A stretch of DNA of 64,000 bases, from contig JBHLMP010000009.1 in NCBI GenBank assembly GCA_048938025.1, forward strand, positions 17,130-81,129. Direction: 5' to 3'. This document shows positions 59,390 through 64,000 of the stretch, piece by piece. Each line of letters opens with the position of its first letter. The first letter of the stretch is position 1. The position numbers were made by a program, and so were the translations under genes. A model generated the notes under the pieces. That model did not search any database. It saw only the letters and a program-made list of their open reading frames with translations, and was not told the DNA's origin. The stretch is from Promethearchaeota archaeon (lineage in GTDB: Archaea > Asgardarchaeota > Lokiarchaeia > Sigyniarchaeales > SOKP01).

Positions 59390-59992
59390 ATGGATTCTAA
59401 TTTGTTTGATTATGAGGACCTCTTGAAGAAACTTAAATATTCAATTCCAGAAATACAAGCTGTAGCAATCATAACAAATGAAGGGATGCCCATTGCTTCA
59501 GTACTCCCCCTTGAAATAGATGATGTTAAAATATCAGCTATGACTTCTGCTCTTCTATCATTAGCAGAAATGACCGTTGCTGAAATGGAGAAAGGAGATT
59601 TTGAAGAATTATATGTTAAAGGGAAGGATGGTTATTTAATATATTTACAAGCAGGTCCAAGGGCAGTTCTTGCAGTTTCTACAACCATAGATGTTAAATT
59701 AGGTCTAGTATTTTTAGAATGTAAGACAACATGTGAAAAAATTTTCCCTATACTAACTCTACAGATTTTATCAGAGAAAGCTATAAGTAAAATATCATAC
59801 TTAATGAAAGAAAAACAGGCAAATGAGATGGAAGTTGAGAGAAAGTACCTTTCTGAATTAATTAGCCATGAATTAATACAACAAGATGAATCAGATAATT
59901 TACCACTAATAAAACCTTCTGTAAAATCCTTTTTTGAAAAGCATCGTATTAAAGTAGAATACGATGGTATTTTGATTAAATTCTTTAAATAA
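59390..59992 (+). CDS. Roadblock/LC7 (MglB-like) domain protein with C-terminal extension
   Basis: AVAIITNEGMPIAS, ISAMTSALLSLAE, YVKGKDGY, KLGLVF. Confidence 0.88.
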   Translation: MDSNLFDYEDLLKKLKYSIPEIQAVAIITNEGMPIASVLPLEIDDVKISAMTSALLSLAEMTVAEMEKGDFEELYVKGKDGYLIYLQAGPRAVLAVSTTIDVKLGLVFLECKTTCEKIFPILTLQILSEKAISKISYLMKEKQANEMEVERKYLSELISHELIQQDESDNLPLIKPSVKSFFEKHRIKVEYDGILIKFFK

Positions 59993-60013
59993 CTTTCCAG
60001 AAAAAGTTAGTTC

Positions 60014-61273
60014 TTATATCCATAAATCGATATTGTTCTCCTTTAAGAATTCTGGAACTTTTTGAATATTATTTTCACTTATATCAAAAGTCTCTAAATT
60101 ATATAATTTCTTCATAGTTTTAGGTATAATTTTAATTCGATTTCTCATTAAATCTAATCTTTTTAACGATTTAATTTTATAAATAATCTCTGGAATTTGC
60201 TTAATGTTTTGGTCTCTTAAGACAAGTTCTTCTAAAAATTCTAAGAAACAGAGATGCCTAGGAAAAATACAAGTTTGAAAAATGGGGTATCCATATAGGT
60301 AAATCCCTATAACATGCCCAGATTCACTAATCTTATAATTACATGCATAATGTGGGTATAAACGATCATTGTTTTCAGATTTTTTTAATTTCATTCCTGT
60401 AAAAAATTCTAACAATCCTAGGACAGGTGCTTCCAAAGCAATAACTTCCTCTTTGATATATTTTTTAGAAAAGTTTTGTTTAGCAAGTCTAAATAGGGAA
60501 TCTGGAACACTTTTTATCAAAATATTATTGTTTAGGTTAAGTTTTTTTAGGGACTTTAATTTTTCCCATTTTATTTCAGGAATAATTGAAAAATTATTCC
60601 AATCTAAATATAGTGATTTCAGTTTAGAGAGAAATTCAATTGATTCTGGTAAGGATGTTAAATTATTATTCCATAAATTTAAATGTTCCAAATGTGAGAG
60701 TAAACCAATAGACTCCGGGATAGTTGTTAATTTCTGACCTGCAAGATCAAGAGCTATAATATGACCTTTGCTTGTCACGGGCTTATAGAAACCTATGTTC
60801 CTTTCATTATTTATCAAACTCTCTATTTCCAATAGAAACTTTATTTCCTCGTGAACAATATTATAAGCTTTAACAAGATGGAGTGTTAATTCTTTTTTTA
60901 ATTCATTAGAATACTGATTTTGTTGAGTTTCTAAAAAATCAAAGAATGATTTCAATACTAAGATGGATTTATCATTATGTAACATAAATTTTAATGGAAT
61001 TAAGCTCAATTTCGGAAATTTAAGAAATATATTTTCAATGGTGGCACTTCTTACAAGCGGACTTTCGTCTGAAATTAAACAGTTTTCAAGAATTTTAAAA
61101 GTAGAAGTATTTTTTGGAGCAATTCTTCTAAACTCTTTAATACACTCTGTTCGAAAATTTGCATTATCACTTCCTTCTATTAATGAAGCTAAAAGTGAGG
61201 TTGCTTCTTCTTGAGTTAACTTTTTATTCTTAAAATCATGATTTATCTTTTTTAGAGTAAACGAATCGCTCAA
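60014..61273 (-). CDS. Leucine-rich repeat protein with N-terminal HEAT-like segment
   Basis: LxxLxLxxN.L..LP repeats in two blocks; ENCLISDESPLVRS. Confidence 0.88.
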   Translation of the reverse strand: MSDSFTLKKINHDFKNKKLTQEEATSLLASLIEGSDNANFRTECIKEFRRIAPKNTSTFKILENCLISDESPLVRSATIENIFLKFPKLSLIPLKFMLHNDKSILVLKSFFDFLETQQNQYSNELKKELTLHLVKAYNIVHEEIKFLLEIESLINNERNIGFYKPVTSKGHIIALDLAGQKLTTIPESIGLLSHLEHLNLWNNNLTSLPESIEFLSKLKSLYLDWNNFSIIPEIKWEKLKSLKKLNLNNNILIKSVPDSLFRLAKQNFSKKYIKEEVIALEAPVLGLLEFFTGMKLKKSENNDRLYPHYACNYKISESGHVIGIYLYGYPIFQTCIFPRHLCFLEFLEELVLRDQNIKQIPEIIYKIKSLKRLDLMRNRIKIIPKTMKKLYNLETFDISENNIQKVPEFLKENNIDLWI

Positions 61274-61495
61274 GATGAACTGATTTTATGGATGATTTTT
61301 ATTAGAATAATTAAACAGGAAATGGTATTTATATTTAATTGTAATATAAATAAAGCAATAGGTTAATTTCTTCACACATAATTTCAATATTACTAATTAA
61401 AACTCCAGAATAGTTTAAATAGGAGTATTTTTATTTAAATTGTTTCAGAATAGGATAAATTTAATTTTTTGAATTCTTTTATATAATCACCTAAA

Positions 61496-61786
61496 ATGAC
61501 CCATACAAATTCTTCTCCTAAAACAGGATTTGAAAAAATTATTGACTATTTTAATGAAAGGCTCGATGTGAATCATCCGATTGCAATTGCAGAAATAGTT
61601 GAGGATACTGGTTTTTCATGGAGTTTTGTCAAAAAGACATTAGCAAAGATAAAAGACGAATATGATGGATTTCATTTTGAAAAATCAGGAAATACGTGGA
61701 TCTCTTGGAAAGACCGTGATCACATTATTAAAAAATTAGATGATACTTGTTCCCGTTTTCTCAAAAATAATGGAAAAGAATGTTAG
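61496..61786 (+). CDS. Small winged-helix-like protein
   Basis: IAEIVEDTGFSWSFVKKTL HTH followed by a beta hairpin (FEKSGNTW). Confidence 0.68.
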   Translation: MTHTNSSPKTGFEKIIDYFNERLDVNHPIAIAEIVEDTGFSWSFVKKTLAKIKDEYDGFHFEKSGNTWISWKDRDHIIKKLDDTCSRFLKNNGKEC

Positions 61787-61823
61787 ATTTATTAGAAAAA
61801 TAAATTTAAAGCTATTTATGATT

Positions 61824-64000
61824 TTATTTTCTATTTTCGATCTCAGTTAAAAGTTCCTCTTTCATTTTCTTCCATTTCTTTCTTGTTTCTATATCACAAA
61901 AACATGTAAAAGTGGCCATTTCTCCTTTCTCTAAACTTTCTATTGCTAAATCATACTTACCTTTTGCTACATAACACTTCGCTAAATTTAGATATGTATT
62001 ATAGGTATACCAACCATATGGTGCGATTTTTAGCGCTGTATTTATTTCTTTAATTGCTTCATCATACTTCCCAAATTCAGTTAAAATCTCGCCATAAGAA
62101 TCATGAAAATTTCCATCATTTGGATCTGATTCTGTCAGTAATTTCCCTGCTTCTATTGCTCCTTCTTTATCTCCCTTATATAAATGAAAATACACTTTAT
62201 GATTAAGCAGTTCAAGGTCTTCAGGATGTTTTGCTATTAATTCATCATATAATTTTATTGCTTCATCAAATTTGTTCATATTCTTATAGAGATATGCTTT
62301 ATGTACTAAAAATTCCTCTTCTTCTTCTGGAAAACCTTTCATATCTTTTTCTAATAATTCTAAAGCTTTATCAGCTTCTTCATTAGCCTCTAAAGCTTTA
62401 TATTTATAGAAGTATAATTTGCTGTCCTTTGGACCCAGCTCAATAGCACGATTAAAAGCTTCAAGGGCTTCCTCAGACTTATTTAATAATTTCAAAATAA
62501 GACCCTCAAATTGATAATATTTAGCTTTATTTGATCGATTGGAATCTAAATTAATAGCATTTTCTATTTCATATAAGACAGAATCGCTCTTGGATTCGTC
62601 AAGATCTAATTCATAAATAACTTTATAACCTAATACTAATGCTTTTGCTATATAGGACGCTGGATGTTCAGGAAATACTTTTTCTATTCTATCACTAAAT
62701 TTTTGTGCTTTTTCGAAATTCCCAAATGTTAAATAACAGAAAATCAATATGAAGTGATAAGAGAAAAAAGAATCCTCATCTTGGACTTCAATTTTCATTT
62801 TCACTTCCTCTTTCAAAAATTCAATAGCTTCTTGATGTCTATTTAATAGACTCAATACAATCGCTTTTAGAAAATATAAGTCTAAATTTTCTTGATCTTG
62901 TTCCATAGCACTATTTACTTTTTCTAAGGCATCATCAAGCTTCTTTTTTTTCATTAGAACTTTAGAATCCTTATAAATTTCTTCGATTTTAGGAGAAGAA
63001 AAGATCTTTAAAATCCTCAATATATTAGGATCAATATAATATTTGGATTTCATCTGCTCCACTAATCCCTGCCGAGAACCATAGGATTGAAATACTTCTG
63101 GAATATATCTCCATGCAACTCCTTCTAATTTGTCAAGAGTGTCGACTAATTCTCTTTCAGTCTCTATCTTATACGCTAAATAATTAATATAATCTGGTAA
63201 GAAGTTCCTTAGGGCTTCTTTCAAACCTTCATTAAAGATATTTTCACAAATTTCATTTAAGATACCATCTACAGTAGAATCCATAGCTAAAGATGGAGTT
63301 CCGTTTATAAATTTATTATATAATTTGTTTAAATATGTAAACTTAGTAATATGATCTTCCGTAATAGCACGAAGCACTTTTTCTAATTTCTCGTTCGCTT
63401 GAAAAAAATAAATCCTATCTCCCTCACCTTCTAATTTAAAGAACTTTATCGGGTAAAAATCCTCCTCTACAATCTTATCTACAAAAAAACTAAGCGTTGA
63501 TTGTTTAATGTCATATTTATCAGAAAATTCTTTTGATGATAAAGAGTAAGGATATTGATTTGGATGATTAAGTGATAGATATAATAATATTTTATCAAAT
63601 TCCTCCTTTGTTAATAAATCTTTAACACGACTATAATCTAATTTTAAAACATTGTTTAAAAATCGAAACTTTACATTATCATCTTCAATATCAAATTTCT
63701 CAAAAAATCCAATAGTCTTCTTAGTTACCTCCTCAATCCTCTTGGTTTCTTCCTTTAGAATTGATTGTCTGTCTAAATCATAAAACCTTAGCATATTTGA
63801 ATATTCTGATTTCCCTTCTTGGGTAATTTTATACTCTCCGTCCTCTTTCCTTACTAATCCACTCTCCATTAATAAATTCAAATTTTTTGATAAAGAAGAT
63901 TGGTTTATAGAAAGCGGATCTGTTAAGAAATCTGACCACTTGCATGAATTATTATTGTAAACCATCCAAAGAATCCAATGATCGTAATTTCTTTCCTTTA
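61824..64000 (-). CDS. wHTH + TPR protein (5' end beyond the window)
   Basis: Frame is open to the window edge (KERNYDHWILWMVYNN); INQSSLSKNL..L...GLV.K....Y.IT..G wHTH; many C-terminal TPRs. Confidence 0.82.
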   Translation of the reverse strand, partial: KERNYDHWILWMVYNNNSCKWSDFLTDPLSINQSSLSKNLNLLMESGLVRKEDGEYKITQEGKSEYSNMLRFYDLDRQSILKEETKRIEEVTKKTIGFFEKFDIEDDNVKFRFLNNVLKLDYSRVKDLLTKEEFDKILLYLSLNHPNQYPYSLSSKEFSDKYDIKQSTLSFFVDKIVEEDFYPIKFFKLEGEGDRIYFFQANEKLEKVLRAITEDHITKFTYLNKLYNKFINGTPSLAMDSTVDGILNEICENIFNEGLKEALRNFLPDYINYLAYKIETERELVDTLDKLEGVAWRYIPEVFQSYGSRQGLVEQMKSKYYIDPNILRILKIFSSPKIEEIYKDSKVLMKKKKLDDALEKVNSAMEQDQENLDLYFLKAIVLSLLNRHQEAIEFLKEEVKMKIEVQDEDSFFSYHFILIFCYLTFGNFEKAQKFSDRIEKVFPEHPASYIAKALVLGYKVIYELDLDESKSDSVLYEIENAINLDSNRSNKAKYYQFEGLILKLLNKSEEALEAFNRAIELGPKDSKLYFYKYKALEANEEADKALELLEKDMKGFPEEEEEFLVHKAYLYKNMNKFDEAIKLYDELIAKHPEDLELLNHKVYFHLYKGDKEGAIEAGKLLTESDPNDGNFHDSYGEILTEFGKYDEAIKEINTALKIAPYGWYTYNTYLNLAKCYVAKGKYDLAIESLEKGEMATFTCFCDIETRKKWKKMKEELLTEIENRK

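Noticed and set aside
1271-61214. Numerous 60-220 aa ORFs overlapping longer genes (e.g. 1271-1591, 7264-7671, 10716-11153, 45707-46081, 58121-58780, 60369-60737)
   Set aside because: Antisense or alternate-frame shadows of well-supported genes, with no recognisable motifs.
1-64000. tRNA, rRNA, CRISPR array, IS elements
   Set aside because: Intergenic gaps are short and AT-rich, with no GC-rich structured stretch, no regularly spaced repeats and no transposase ORF seen by eye; a covariance-model scan would be needed to fully exclude small RNAs.

Overview
AT-rich (about 30% GC by eye), densely coding archaeal chromosome segment, most consistent with an Asgard archaeon of the Lokiarchaeia/Promethearchaeota type. 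Supporting markers are Alba, archaeal-type GlyRS, the H4MPT C1 enzymes ftr/mtd/mch, a RagA-like GTPase, a roadblock protein, a eukaryote-like presenilin, TPR/LRR proteins and a Loki-CTERM-like sorting tail. The region from about 3.6 to 26.6 kb is a lipid/acyl-CoA metabolism neighbourhood. It holds two acyl-CoA ligases, two atypical crotonases, a FabK/NMO-like flavoprotein, an acyl-CoA dehydrogenase, GlpA/D, an SCP2 protein and four thiolase-fold proteins each paired with a DUF35 protein. All four thiolase-fold proteins appear to lack the nucleophilic Cys, and two resemble actinobacterial Ltp4/Ltp3 sterol side-chain aldolases. This Cys-less thiolase/DUF35/SCP2 set is the best candidate for an undescribed system (retro-aldol breakdown of branched or steroid-like lipids). 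The rest is housekeeping (tRNA synthetase, purine salvage, RNA/DNA processing), an orphan MTase-TRD fusion, a pair of sequon-rich surface proteins, and several eukaryotic-signature and hypothetical genes, including two unannotated small ORFs. No rRNA, tRNA, CRISPR array or transposase was seen. All functional calls come from motif recognition by eye, not from database searches.
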